Assembly (NCBI GenBank): GCA_963792825.1 | Contig: CAWBXS010000001.1 | Location: 130,913 to 194,912, forward strand | Length of the DNA: 64,000 nt | DNA from: an uncultured delta proteobacterium | Lineage (GTDB): Bacteria; Myxococcota_A; Polyangia; Polyangiales; Houyiibacteriaceae | Reading direction: 5' to 3' | Shown here: one piece after another, positions 30,157 through 40,307 of the stretch | Position numbering within the stretch: position 1 is the stretch's first letter | How the letters are laid out: each line of letters starts with the position of its first letter | Program-made: the position numbers and the translations under genes | The notes under the pieces: generated by a model | Database searches by the model: none | Seen by the model: only the letters and a program-made list of their open reading frames with translations | Told to the model about the DNA's origin: nothing

Positions 30157-30909
30157 CTATTCCATCGGCTCGGCAACGTCCGACTTGTTCTTGTTCTTGC
30201 CGAGGACACCCCAGAAGGCGGTGCCGGCGCCGAGGCGCCACGCAAACGAGGCGCCCGAGGTACCTTTGCCCAGGTTGATGCCCGGGCCGAGGTCGAAGAA
30301 GAACCAAGGCGCGACGTTCTCATTGGCCTTGATCTCGACGCCGAGTCGCACGAGCAGCGGAAGAAGGCCGTTATCGTTGCCTTCTCTGATGAACCAGGTG
30401 AACGGAATGTACCCGCCCGTCACCACGCTGACGCGCTCGTGCACGTCAATCGAGACCGGCGCGCCCACCTCGCCTTTGACGCCAAAGGTAAACGTGTCCC
30501 CGAAGCCTCTCGCAATCAGGATGCCCGGCTTGAAGAGAATGCCAACGTCATTGGTGACTTTGGGTCGCTCTTTTTCGGCCAGGTGCCAACGCAGGAGCCC
30601 GTTGATGCCGAGGCCAATTCGGATGAAGCGGCTGCCGCCCCGGACCGTGAAGGGTCCGACGTCCGTGCGGTTGGTCGTCGCCACGGACCAGCTGCCGCCG
30701 TAGACCAGATCGCCCCCGAGGCCCCAGTCGAGCTTGTTCTTCCCCTTGTTCCACCATTCATAGAGGATGTTCGGGTAACCGACGCCCCCGCTGTGGACCA
30801 TGTCCTGTTCGAGCTTCTTACCGCCGATGACCGAGTTTGCCGGCCCGGCCAAGGCCGGGCTCGCCATCGCAAGCACCAAAACGAATACACCGATTGCTCT
30901 TGCTGTCAT
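30157..30909 (-). CDS. Secreted hypothetical protein, probable outer-membrane beta-barrel
   Basis: Trimmed to ATG 30909, giving MTARAIGVFVLVLAMASPALAGP (signal peptide). The mature part is Gly/aromatic-rich with alternating strands (FIRIGLGINGLLRW, FTFGVKGEVG, WFFFDLGPGINLG, FAWRLGAGTAFWGV). Confidence 0.65.
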   Translation of the reverse strand: MTARAIGVFVLVLAMASPALAGPANSVIGGKKLEQDMVHSGGVGYPNILYEWWNKGKNKLDWGLGGDLVYGGSWSVATTNRTDVGPFTVRGGSRFIRIGLGINGLLRWHLAEKERPKVTNDVGILFKPGILIARGFGDTFTFGVKGEVGAPVSIDVHERVSVVTGGYIPFTWFIREGNDNGLLPLLVRLGVEIKANENVAPWFFFDLGPGINLGKGTSGASFAWRLGAGTAFWGVLGKNKNKSDVAEPME

Positions 30910-31158
30910 TGTTCCAGCTGCTCCTTCCCCGTGAGGTGGCCGAAGCCTAGAGTAGCCGCGCCCACACCGCCAGCGATTATCTCGGCGAACCTCCCACCGC
31001 CACAAGATTTCTGTTTACCCATTGATTTCGTGGAGATCGAGACTTTGTCGACCGATGTGACGGAAACGATCGCACCCGAGCTCGTTCCCGACGGAGCGAC
31101 CGAGCCCCTGCCTTGACCCGATCGCTCGCGTCCCCATAGACGGCGAAAAGGAGGATTC

Positions 31159-31794
31159 ATGCGCATTCTATCGTTTTTCGTCTTGTTCGGGTGGGCCGTC
31201 TCCGGTTGTAAGGATCCCGCTGCGAACGTCACCAGTGCGACCGTCGAGTCAGCCACCGGCGAGAAGGCAGCAGCTCCCGCAGGTGCGACGCCCGGCGAGG
31301 CACTCGCCTCGCTCGCCATCAACCCTTCCAACACCAAGGTCGAGTTCGTCGGCGCGAAGGTCACCAGGAGCCACGACGGCGGCTTCACCGACTTCGCCGG
31401 AATGGTCGAGCTGAACGATCCCATCGAAAAGAGTCAGATCGACATCACGATTCAAACCGCGTCGCTCTATGCGGATGAAGAAAAGCTCACCAAACATTTG
31501 AAGTCCGACGATTTCTTCGCCGTCGAGAAATACCCCACTGCAACGTTCCGCTCGACCGAGATCAGGAAAGAGGGCGATGGGCACGTCATCACCGGGAACC
31601 TCACGCTCCACGGGATCACCAAACGCATCAGCTTTCCCGCGACCATCACCGCCACCGACCGGGAGGTCAGCGCTACCTCGGAGTTCTCGATCAACCGTCA
31701 TGACTTCGCAATCACCTATCCAGGAATGCCGGATGATTTGATTCGCGACCTGGTCGTACTCAAGCTTTCGCTCAAGCTTCCACGCCAAAGCTAA
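31159..31794 (+). CDS. YceI-family lipoprotein
   Basis: Lipobox FGWAVSGC, with a GGAGG RBS upstream. YceI-like FVGAKVTRSHDGGFTDFAGMVEL and VITGNLTLHGITKRISFPATI. Confidence 0.8.
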   Translation: MRILSFFVLFGWAVSGCKDPAANVTSATVESATGEKAAAPAGATPGEALASLAINPSNTKVEFVGAKVTRSHDGGFTDFAGMVELNDPIEKSQIDITIQTASLYADEEKLTKHLKSDDFFAVEKYPTATFRSTEIRKEGDGHVITGNLTLHGITKRISFPATITATDREVSATSEFSINRHDFAITYPGMPDDLIRDLVVLKLSLKLPRQS

Positions 31795-33455
31795 CCGGTC
31801 GCCGTCGGTGGCCACGGCTGAAGCTCGAGAAGGTCTTTGACCACGATCTTCCCCATCTCCCTCACCCCGGTCGCCGCGTCGGCGATCGTCCAAGCATGCG
31901 TAGGCTGCCCCATGGGCTGGGATTCGACGAAAATGCATCGAAGCTCGCCTTCCTCGAACTGGCACTGCGCCTGGATCGAGCGAAGAAGCTGCATGTTGTG
32001 AAGATGGCCCTCTCCGAAGTTCCAGCCGATGACGATTCCCGCGACGAGCTCGCCGTCTAGGTATTCATACTCGTCGATGTCGTCCACGGCCTTCGGCAAC
32101 AGGAATTGCAGACAGCGGCCGTGCAGATGCATCGAGCGAAAGCCCAGCACCTTCGACATCGTCGCCGTGATCGCGTCTTCGTCGAGGAACTTGCTCAGCT
32201 GCTCACGGAGCCCCGGCGCGACCTTGACGAGGTGCATGTCGAGCTTCTTCGCGGCGTCGCCCTTGAAGAGCCAGGCGCTATACGCCCAGTTGCCCGCGTA
32301 GTATCGCATCGAGCACAGGAACGAGCAGCGAGACGGGACGAGATTCCCAAAGAGCGGCATACCGACCAGCGCGACGGCCAGAAACGCGATGAGCATGGGC
32401 GAGCTGATGCTGAACGCGTCGACACCCGCGTAATGTCCAAACAGCACGAACGCGCCGTAGACCATGATGACATTCCATTCGATGGGAACCCCCATGGGAA
32501 TGCTGCTCGTGATGAAGAGGTGAAAGAGCAGCATGACGGTCAGTGCGATGGTCGTCGCCGGTCCGCCATGGCTGAGGAGTAGCACCACGGGGAACGAGTA
32601 CTCCACCGCCGTACCGGCATGCGCCATGACTTCGGTCAAGCGGGAGGGGCGAAGGTCGTCGGGGTAGCTTCGATACAGGAGCTTTCTTAGCGATCCGACG
32701 CCGGTGAGCGGGCTGTTGCTCTGCATCACCGCGACCACCGACGGAAAATGGTGGTTGAGCTTGGAGGTTGCCGCCCACATCCAGATGGCGACCCACACTA
32801 GCTTCGACCCTGCCAGCCAATCGTGTGTGAAGAGAAAGCACACCAGGGCCGTGTAGTAGTGCTCGGCGCGCGAGGCGAGAAAGAGAGTCTTGTCGGTGAT
32901 CCCGAGAATGGGAAGCAGGATGACGGTGGGAATCAAGAGCTCGATGGAGAGATCGGGTGCGACGAGCGCGCGAAACAAGAACCCCATGTGGGCGACGTAC
33001 AGCAACACGTCGAAGATCGTGCGCGTCGATCCTCCCAAGAGGGGCAGGCCCGGCCAGAGGGGAACCTTCATCGTTCCAGGCCGGCAGAAATAAAGCGCGC
33101 CGCCGATCGGGGGGTTGTATCGGCCGGTGAGCGGCCCGCTTCCACACCCGAGCCCGAGCCCTTCGAAGGCCATGCTCCAGAGCACAGCCTTCTGAAAGGC
33201 GATCGGTTCGTAGTACCAAGCGCCGAAGTTGCGCAGCTCACCGAGCCCGGGGGTCGAGGAGCAGAAGAGGCTCCAAATCCAAACGTAGAAAACGACCTTG
33301 AGCGCGTACACGATGTAGATCGGCCATGGGGTTCCGTAGCCCTGGAGCGCCCACGACTGACACACCATCTTCACTCGCGCGGGGAACGGTTTTTTCTGCC
33401 ATTCGCCGATATCGTAGGGGGGCAAGATGGGATTCAGTAGGGACATGGGTCGCAT
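31791..33455 (-). CDS. DUF3556-like polytopic membrane protein
   Basis: ORF 31791..33518. The start is uncertain, and ATG 33455 (MRPMSLLNPILPPYDIGEWQKKPF...) is preferred. About 12 TM segments plus a soluble C-terminal ~170 aa. The family call rests on my recollection of the DUF3556 N-terminal pattern. Confidence 0.55.
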   Translation of the reverse strand: MRPMSLLNPILPPYDIGEWQKKPFPARVKMVCQSWALQGYGTPWPIYIVYALKVVFYVWIWSLFCSSTPGLGELRNFGAWYYEPIAFQKAVLWSMAFEGLGLGCGSGPLTGRYNPPIGGALYFCRPGTMKVPLWPGLPLLGGSTRTIFDVLLYVAHMGFLFRALVAPDLSIELLIPTVILLPILGITDKTLFLASRAEHYYTALVCFLFTHDWLAGSKLVWVAIWMWAATSKLNHHFPSVVAVMQSNSPLTGVGSLRKLLYRSYPDDLRPSRLTEVMAHAGTAVEYSFPVVLLLSHGGPATTIALTVMLLFHLFITSSIPMGVPIEWNVIMVYGAFVLFGHYAGVDAFSISSPMLIAFLAVALVGMPLFGNLVPSRCSFLCSMRYYAGNWAYSAWLFKGDAAKKLDMHLVKVAPGLREQLSKFLDEDAITATMSKVLGFRSMHLHGRCLQFLLPKAVDDIDEYEYLDGELVAGIVIGWNFGEGHLHNMQLLRSIQAQCQFEEGELRCIFVESQPMGQPTHAWTIADAATGVREMGKIVVKDLLELQPWPPTATG

Positions 33456-33587
33456 GCTATCGATCCGCGCGCCTGGTGTCATGCGCGTCTCGCGACTCCT
33501 GACCGACGGCGCGAGCATTTGGCCATCGACCGACAGATCTGGCTCTCGGCGGCGTGTTGTGGCAGCTTTTCAGAGACCGAGGACGTG

Positions 33588-34442
33588 ATGGGAAAGAATG
33601 AAGAGCCGTCGGCGGAAGCCCCTCCCCAGCCGCCGTTTGGCAAGGACTCCAAGTTGGGAAAGAAGCCGAAGCTGAAGAAGGCTCAGTACGAGAAGGCGCT
33701 AGCGGACTTCCAGGTCGAGCTGGTGAAGCTCCAGAAGTGGATTCACACCCAGGGCCTCAAAGTCGTCGTCATCTTCGAAGGACGTGACGCCGCGGGGAAG
33801 GGCGGCGCGATCAGGCGCATCACGCAAAGCCTCAACCCCCGCATCTGCAGAGTCGAGGCGCTCGCGAGGCCGACCGACCGCGAGCGAAGCCAGTGGTACT
33901 TCCAACGTTACGTGCAGTATCTTCCCGCGGCCGGTGAGATGGTCTGCTTCGACCGCAGTTGGTACAACCGAGCGGGCGTCGAGCGGGTCATGGGCTACTG
34001 CACCGAGGAGGAGTATCGGGAGTTTCTTCGTTCGTGCCCAGAGTTCGAACGCATGCTCGTCCGTTCGGGCATCATTCTGATCAAGTACTGGTTCTCCGTC
34101 AGCGACGAAGAACAAGAACGGCGTTTTCAGAGACGTATCCAAGACCCCGTGCGGCGCTGGAAGGTCAGTGACGTGGACTTGCAGTCCCGCAAGTACTGGA
34201 TCGACTACTCGATGGCCAAGGACGAGATGTTTGCGCACACCGACATCAAGCAAGCGCCATGGTACGTGGTGGAGGGTGATGACAAGCGCCGCGCGCGCCT
34301 CAACGTCATCTCGCACTTCCTCAGCTTGATCCCCTATCAGCACGTGCCCGCGCCGCATCTCGAGCTCCCGGCGCGGCAGAACAACATCAAGTACGTGCGA
34401 CCGCCGCTCGAGGACCAGAATTTCGTCCCCGAGGTGTTTTGA
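33588..34442 (+). CDS. ppk2: Polyphosphate kinase 2
   Basis: Trimmed to ATG 33588. VVVIFEGRDAAGKGGAIRRI (Walker A), QWYFQRYVQYLPAAGEMVCFDRSWYNRAGVERV, PWYVVEGDDKRRARLN. Confidence 0.9.
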   Translation: MGKNEEPSAEAPPQPPFGKDSKLGKKPKLKKAQYEKALADFQVELVKLQKWIHTQGLKVVVIFEGRDAAGKGGAIRRITQSLNPRICRVEALARPTDRERSQWYFQRYVQYLPAAGEMVCFDRSWYNRAGVERVMGYCTEEEYREFLRSCPEFERMLVRSGIILIKYWFSVSDEEQERRFQRRIQDPVRRWKVSDVDLQSRKYWIDYSMAKDEMFAHTDIKQAPWYVVEGDDKRRARLNVISHFLSLIPYQHVPAPHLELPARQNNIKYVRPPLEDQNFVPEVF

Positions 34443-34443
34443 C

Positions 34444-35436
34444 TCAGAGCCCGAGGCCGGGCGGCAGCGCTGCGCCCGGCGGCTTCGCCATCAGTTGTTC
34501 GATCGCATCCTCCACGGTCGAAATCGGCGCCCTTGGAATCAAGTAGCTCTGGTCTTTGTCGGGCGTGGTCAGCCAACGGTACGAGCCGTCGGGGTCGTAC
34601 TCGAAAGACCCCTCGTCGATGACGTCCCAAAGTGGTGCAGCCCCGCGAACGCCCGCCCACACCGCGGTTTGATCCCAGCTGAACCGGCCCTCGAAGTCAT
34701 TGAATATCTCGTAGGCGCGGCGTATCGGATTGTTTTCGGTCGTTGCGTCGCGCAAGCGCTCGGTGCCGGTCATGATCTCTGCTCCGATCTCTCCGCCGCT
34801 GAACAGGATGGGCGTCGGCCAGCTCGAGAGAACCGCATGGCTAGACTCGATGTCTAGGTTGAGGTTGTAGTCTCCAGGAATCTGCTCGGGAAATCGACCG
34901 CCCATCTGAACGTAGAGCGCCACCTTCTGGCGTACCAACTCCGGTCCGGAGAGCGGGCTGTGCTCGTCGCCCGGCGACTCGAGCAACGCCGCTAGATTCG
35001 TGAGAAAGCCAACCGAGATGATGGTGACCGAACGATCTAGCTGCGTTGCCAGAACTCTCCGATAGAGCGAGACCGGCTCCTCGACCTGGGTCGCGTCGAT
35101 GTCGTGCGCGAACTCTTGGGCGATGGCGACTCGGTAGGGCACCGAGTCCCGCCGAACGTTGTCGATGCTGGCGATCGGGATATCAGGGCGTCCGTAGAAG
35201 GTGTTGACTGCATCGAGGGACGTCGGGCCCTGATCCCCGGAGAACGAGATCGCAACGCCGAGGATATCCACCTCGCCGCCATCGGCCAGCGCATGAAGCA
35301 CTGCGAGGGCGCCCACGTCATCGACGTCCGGTCCCCAATCGGTGTCGAAGATCACGCGCCGCTTGGAGGTTTGTTCTCCTGGGCTGCCGCATCCGGCCGC
35401 TACGAGGCTCAAAGCGAGTACGAAGAGTTTCTTCAT
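34444..35436 (-). CDS. Inosine/uridine-preferring nucleoside hydrolase family lipoprotein
   Basis: Trimmed to ATG 35436: MKKLFVLALSLVAAGCGSP (lipobox). VIFDTDWGPDVDDVGALAVLHALA is the DxDxxxDD aspartate cluster of the family. Confidence 0.8.
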   Translation of the reverse strand: MKKLFVLALSLVAAGCGSPGEQTSKRRVIFDTDWGPDVDDVGALAVLHALADGGEVDILGVAISFSGDQGPTSLDAVNTFYGRPDIPIASIDNVRRDSVPYRVAIAQEFAHDIDATQVEEPVSLYRRVLATQLDRSVTIISVGFLTNLAALLESPGDEHSPLSGPELVRQKVALYVQMGGRFPEQIPGDYNLNLDIESSHAVLSSWPTPILFSGGEIGAEIMTGTERLRDATTENNPIRRAYEIFNDFEGRFSWDQTAVWAGVRGAAPLWDVIDEGSFEYDPDGSYRWLTTPDKDQSYLIPRAPISTVEDAIEQLMAKPPGAALPPGLGL

Positions 35437-35572
35437 GGAGGCTCCAATGAGAGTACTTTTCGTGTATGCGCTGCCATCGGGGGGCGCAAGGCGGTGGCGG
35501 GCAGTCACGCATTGCGGTTCCCTCCGCTTGACCCCACACTCGATCAATCGCTCGGTCGCCCGCATTCGCTCC

Positions 35573-36436
35573 ATGAACCCCACGCCTTCCCGTCACCATC
35601 GCGGTCCCCTCATCGTGTTGCTCTGCCTGCTTCTGCTGGTCGCAGCCGGATGCACGGGGCTCCTTCAGAACTTCGGGGCTCGCTGGGTCACCCGACAGAT
35701 CGCCGAGGAGCTCGATCTCGACGAGGCGCAGACCACGGCGACGCGCGCGGCGGTCGACCGTCTCATCGCGGCCGCGCCAGACGCGCTTGGCGCCAAGGTC
35801 GAGATGCTGGTTGCCACCGTCGATGCTGCGATCGCTCAGGGTTTGACCGAGAAGAAGTTGCTCGGCATGGAGCGCCAAGTCGACAAGCTTCTCGATGTCG
35901 TTGCGCGGAGTATCATCGACCAAGCGTCTCCGATTCTCGCGACCCTTCGAGACGGCCAGATCGATTTCGTCGAAGCCCGCATTCGAGTCCGTCTCGAGAA
36001 AGCCCGGGCGGAGCTGGAAGAGCCTCCGGAAGAGCGGCTCGCAAAGCGCCAGGACCAGCTCGTCGAGGCGGCAGGGGACTGGGCCGGTACCCTCACCAAC
36101 GCGCAGGAAGGCGGGCTCCGAGGCTATGTCGCAGGGCTACCCGATGAAGCCGCGGCACGGCTCGCCGCGGACGAACGGCGTGTGGCGACCGTTTCGGCGG
36201 TCTTTCGCAAACATCCAGGGCCTGATGCGATCCGCGATGCCCTCTGGAGGGAATGGAAGAATCGTGAGGACTGGGGCCGTGGCGCGCGTTCCCCGCAGGC
36301 CCGGAGGGCCGAGGGCCGTGAGGCACTGTTGTTCGTCTACGGCCTTCTCGATGCGGAGCAGAGGGACCACGCGAGCAGGCACCTGCACGAGCTCCACGAA
36401 AAGGTCAAGACCTTCCTCGGAACCGCTGGCTCTTAG
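35573..36436 (+). CDS. Hypothetical helical lipoprotein
   Basis: Trimmed to ATG 35573: ...LIVLLCLLLLVAAGC (lipobox). The mature part is Ala/Glu/Arg/Leu-rich and helical. No family recognised. Confidence 0.6.
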   Translation: MNPTPSRHHRGPLIVLLCLLLLVAAGCTGLLQNFGARWVTRQIAEELDLDEAQTTATRAAVDRLIAAAPDALGAKVEMLVATVDAAIAQGLTEKKLLGMERQVDKLLDVVARSIIDQASPILATLRDGQIDFVEARIRVRLEKARAELEEPPEERLAKRQDQLVEAAGDWAGTLTNAQEGGLRGYVAGLPDEAAARLAADERRVATVSAVFRKHPGPDAIRDALWREWKNREDWGRGARSPQARRAEGREALLFVYGLLDAEQRDHASRHLHELHEKVKTFLGTAGS

Positions 36437-36553
36437 AAACACTGGACACGCGACATCAGACCTCGACGCTCGGGAAGGGCTGCGGTTCGACGCTCGATTA
36501 GAACCGATCAACCTTCCCTACCGACCGTTCGGCGTTCCAGCTTCTACCTTGCT

Positions 36554-36583
36554 TTGACATCATGGAGGTCGGCGCTCTATTAG
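36554..36583 (+). promoter_or_regulatory. Candidate sigma-70 promoter (TTGACA-N18-TATTAG) giving a near-leaderless sulfotransferase mRNA
   Basis: A perfect -35 TTGACA lies at 36554-36559. TATTAG lies at 36578-36583, and the ATG at 36591 is only 7 nt after the -10. Confidence 0.3.
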
Positions 36584-36590
36584 TCGCGCG

Positions 36591-37808
36591 ATGAGCGAGA
36601 CTCCCGACGAGCTGAAGCCCAGCCTTCCGTTCTCGCTCGTCAACAGGCTGGACGGCCTGAGCAAGAAGATGATCCCCATCCAGTCGGAGGGGGCCATGAA
36701 GCTCGCGGAGCGAACCACGGGGCTCTCCGATTGGGGTGACGGCGGGTTTCGGGCTCGCCTCGATGCCGCGGTCGACGGGTTGAACGAGGCGAACCTCAAC
36801 ACGACCGGTCTGTTCGGCGCGCGCTACGTGCTGAACTGGCATCTCGGAAACCGCCTTCGCGTCGTCGACTTCGCCAAGCGCCATCCCGAGCTCGACGACG
36901 TCGCGATCGAGCGACCCGTGGTGATCACCGGCTTCTTCCGAACGGGCACCACTTTCCTTCACAACGTCCTAGCCGCCGATCCCAACAACCGGGTGGCCCA
37001 GGCCTGGGAGCTTTCGTATCCGGTCGGTCGTCTGGGTGACCCACTCGGCGACGTTGCGTGGCGGCGTGCGCAGGCGAAGTTCACGTTTGGGTTCAATCAG
37101 GCGGCCATTCCCGACCAGGGTGTCGCACATCACGTCACGGCGGAGTCCTACGAGGAGGACTTCTTCTTGCTCGAGAACGACATGGCCGTGCTGACGTTCT
37201 GGATAGGATTCGCTGCCTACCAGTACGCGATGGCGATGCTCGACTGGGACATGATCGAGCCCTATGAGTTTCACAAGACTCAGCTGAGGATCTTGACCGC
37301 GCAGCGTGCGGCCAAGCGCTGGGTGTTGAAGTGTCCGTGGCACCTGTGGAACCTGGACGCACTGATGGCGGTCTATCCCGATGCGCAGATCATTTTCACA
37401 CATCGCGACATCACGGAGGCGCTCGCGTCCCATTGCAGCCTCTCGGCCCGGATGGCCTCCAAGTTGCGACGAAGCCTCGACGTCAAGGAGCTCGGCGCGT
37501 TCTGGCTCGAGCACACGCGCATCGGCCTCGAGCGAGCCATGGAGTCACGAAAGAAAATACCGGAGTCTCAGCTCTACGACGTCCGGCTCCGTGATCTCAT
37601 GGCAGACCCGATGACCGTGCTGACGGACATCTACGCTTACTTCGACTTGGGGCTCACACCCGAGATCGCCCGGCTTCTCGAGGCTCGCGTCGCCGAGAAA
37701 CCGACCTCTCAGGAGGGAGAGCACGACTATCACATCGAGGACTTCGGGCTCACCGACGAGCAGGTGCGGGAGACGCTTGCCGCCTACAACGACCGCTTCG
37801 GCGTCTAG
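36591..37808 (+). CDS. Sulfotransferase family protein
   Basis: VVITGFFRTGTTFLHNVLA is a PAPS 5'-phosphosulfate-binding loop. WVLKCPWHLWNLDAL and FTHRD are also present. 405 aa. Confidence 0.8.
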   Translation: MSETPDELKPSLPFSLVNRLDGLSKKMIPIQSEGAMKLAERTTGLSDWGDGGFRARLDAAVDGLNEANLNTTGLFGARYVLNWHLGNRLRVVDFAKRHPELDDVAIERPVVITGFFRTGTTFLHNVLAADPNNRVAQAWELSYPVGRLGDPLGDVAWRRAQAKFTFGFNQAAIPDQGVAHHVTAESYEEDFFLLENDMAVLTFWIGFAAYQYAMAMLDWDMIEPYEFHKTQLRILTAQRAAKRWVLKCPWHLWNLDALMAVYPDAQIIFTHRDITEALASHCSLSARMASKLRRSLDVKELGAFWLEHTRIGLERAMESRKKIPESQLYDVRLRDLMADPMTVLTDIYAYFDLGLTPEIARLLEARVAEKPTSQEGEHDYHIEDFGLTDEQVRETLAAYNDRFGV

Positions 37809-37896
37809 CGCGGCGTCCGAGAGTCTCGGGCTGGGCCGTCAGGCGAAGCTCGAGATTCGGCTGACCCATTCGGCCAGCTTCGAGTAGAAGAGCAGG

Positions 37897-39378
37897 GTGA
37901 GCGAGCATCGGGAGACGTTCGACGCGGTCGTGGTGGGCTCGGGGCCCAACGGCTTGAGCGCGGCCGTCGCGTTGGCGCAGGGTGGGGCGTCGGTCCTGGT
38001 GCTCGAAGCTGCGGATCAAATCGGTGGCGGGACACGAACGGCGGAGCTCACCCTGCCGGGCTTTCATCACGACGTCTGCTCGGCGGTGCATACGACCGGC
38101 ATCCTCTCGCCCTTCCTTCGGTCACTGCCACTCGAGGAGCACGGCCTTCGATGGATCCTGCCGAACGCCTCGGTCGCTCATCCGCTCGACGATCAACCTG
38201 CGGTCATGATGTGGAGGTCCGTCGAGGAGACATGTGCCGGACTTGGTGCCGACGCGAGCAGTTACCGTTCGCTCGTCGAGCCCTTCCTCGACGACACGGA
38301 AGGCTTTTTCAGCGATGTGCTCGGGCCGCTTGGTTGGCCGAGTCACCCTGCCACCTTCGTTCGTTTTGGTCTCAGGGCGATGTGGCCCGCCACCGCTTTC
38401 GCGAAATGGAATTTTCAGCAGACGCGCGCCAAAGCGCTCTTCGCGGGATGCGCGGCGCACAGCATCTTGCCGCTGGACAAACTCTTCACCGCGGCCCTGG
38501 GCGTCATCTTCTCGATTGCCGGACACGCCGAGCCGTGGCCCGTGGCCGCGGGAGGCTCCCAAGCGATCCCCCGTGCCCTAGGAAGCCTGTTGACCGCGCT
38601 CGGGGGCAAGTGCCGCACCGGCGTGCGCGTGACCTCTGCCGCGGATCTACCCGCTGCCCGAGTCTATCTTTTCGACACGAGCCCCGATCAGCTCGCTTCG
38701 ATCGCCCGGTCCGTGTTACCGCGCGGTTACCTGCGGCGCCTCGGCCGCTATCGGTACGGACCTGGCGCGTTCAAGCTCGACTGGGCGCTCGATGGGCCGA
38801 TTCCATGGCGCGACCCCAACTGCCTCGCAGCATCGACGGTGCACCTCGGTGGAACGCTCGAGGAGATCGCGGCAGGTGAAGCGGCGATGTTTCACGGCAA
38901 GCCCTCTGAGCGCCCGTACGTCCTGCTCTGTCAGCAAAGCCAGCTCGACCCGAGCCGCGCGCCCGCTGGGAAGCAAACGGGCTACGCCTACTGCCACGTT
39001 CCGGGCGGCTCGCCGGTGGACATGACCGAAGCGATCGAGAACCAGGTCGAGCGTTTCGCTCCCGGGTTCAAGGATCGGATCCTCGCCCGGCACACCATGA
39101 ACACGGGGGACTTCTACCGCTACAACCCGAACTACGTCGGAGGCGCGATCACGGGCGGCGCCGCCGACGTGTTCCAACTCTTCACGCGGCCGGTCGCACG
39201 GCTCGACCCGTACACCACTCCGAATCCGAGGGTCTTCATCTGCTCGGCCTCGACGCCACCCGGGGGCGGTGTGCACGGCATGTGCGGATATCATGCGGCG
39301 CAAAGCGCCCTAAGGCGCATCGAACGCTTCGAGCCGGCTCCATTGGTCGGTGCGCGTCCTCAACCCGTAAACCAGTAA
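37897..39378 (+). CDS. Phytoene-desaturase (CrtI)-family NAD(P)/FAD-dependent oxidoreductase
   Basis: FDAVVVGSGPNGLSAAVALAQGGASVLVLEA (dinucleotide-binding fold). The size and C-terminal GGGVHGMCG are typical of the family. Confidence 0.8.
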   Translation: MSEHRETFDAVVVGSGPNGLSAAVALAQGGASVLVLEAADQIGGGTRTAELTLPGFHHDVCSAVHTTGILSPFLRSLPLEEHGLRWILPNASVAHPLDDQPAVMMWRSVEETCAGLGADASSYRSLVEPFLDDTEGFFSDVLGPLGWPSHPATFVRFGLRAMWPATAFAKWNFQQTRAKALFAGCAAHSILPLDKLFTAALGVIFSIAGHAEPWPVAAGGSQAIPRALGSLLTALGGKCRTGVRVTSAADLPAARVYLFDTSPDQLASIARSVLPRGYLRRLGRYRYGPGAFKLDWALDGPIPWRDPNCLAASTVHLGGTLEEIAAGEAAMFHGKPSERPYVLLCQQSQLDPSRAPAGKQTGYAYCHVPGGSPVDMTEAIENQVERFAPGFKDRILARHTMNTGDFYRYNPNYVGGAITGGAADVFQLFTRPVARLDPYTTPNPRVFICSASTPPGGGVHGMCGYHAAQSALRRIERFEPAPLVGARPQPVNQ

Positions 39379-39731
39379 GCCCAGCCGATGAATAGGAGCT
39401 GAAAGGGAAGGCGTAGCCAGAGCGCCCAGCGCGGAATCGGTTTCCTCGGGTCGAGCGAGATGTTCTCCGTCAACATGTAGACGTTGGCTGGGAAGACCGC
39501 CACGTAGAGGGCGATGAGACCCCATGCAGCCCAGGCTCGCGTTGCCGGGACGAGAAGCCCGATACCGCCGAGGATCTCGAAGAAGCCACTCACGTACACG
39601 AGCGTGAGAGGCGCCGGAAGGTACTTCGGGACGATGCGAACGAACGGCTTCGGCCTCACGAAATGAAGGGTGCCAATCGCTATCATCGCGAGCGCGAGCA
39701 ACCAGAGCGCGGCGAGCTTGAGGGTGGTCAT
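39360..39731 (-). CDS. DoxX-like small membrane protein
   Basis: 123 aa with 4 TM segments, including GFFEILGGIGLLVP as in the DoxX family. Confidence 0.55.
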   Translation of the reverse strand: MTTLKLAALWLLALAMIAIGTLHFVRPKPFVRIVPKYLPAPLTLVYVSGFFEILGGIGLLVPATRAWAAWGLIALYVAVFPANVYMLTENISLDPRKPIPRWALWLRLPFQLLFIGWAYWFTG

Positions 39732-39762
39732 GGCAGAAACTAGTTAGAGCGAGCGATTCGAC

Positions 39763-40281
39763 CTACGAGGCGGCAGGCTTTTGTGTGCCTTTGCGTTTGC
39801 CGAACAGGCGGCGAACCTTGACGCCCGCCACGAGGAAGAAAACCAGCAACAAAATCAAGATCACCATGTTGACCCAGGGGACGTACACGTAGTCCGGCTC
39901 GACCTGTTTCAGCGAGAGAACGTTGGGATACGAGTCGAGAATCGCGACGCGCACGCCGTAGTACTTCAGTAGTGCGGTTTCGTCTCGTTCGCTCTTTGCA
40001 AGCTTCGATGCCTCGGCCGCGATGTCTCCGGAGTTCCACTTGAAGTACCAGCCGTTGTCCTCGTTGCGGAACGCCAGCGCCTTTTTTGAGTCCACCTCCT
40101 CGGCGTAGACGAATCGGACATCGCGCGTCTTGTCCTCGCCGGTTTTGGCATCCTTCTGATCCATCCGCTTGACCTCGGTTCCGGTGATCAGAACCTTCGT
40201 CGCCCGCGGCATGAAGTAGTAGAGCGTGCCCGCGAAGAGCAGGGTCACCAGTAACGCAAGTGCTACACCGAGTTTTCGCAT
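39763..40281 (-). CDS. DUF1523-like membrane-anchored protein
   Basis: An N-terminal TM, VLITGTEVKRMD...TRDVRFVY...WYFKWNSGD, and a C-terminal TM. The family call is from memory. Confidence 0.5.
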   Translation of the reverse strand: MRKLGVALALLVTLLFAGTLYYFMPRATKVLITGTEVKRMDQKDAKTGEDKTRDVRFVYAEEVDSKKALAFRNEDNGWYFKWNSGDIAAEASKLAKSERDETALLKYYGVRVAILDSYPNVLSLKQVEPDYVYVPWVNMVILILLLVFFLVAGVKVRRLFGKRKGTQKPAAS

Positions 40282-40307
40282 CGCTTCAATCCTCTCCCAA
40301 GCTTACC

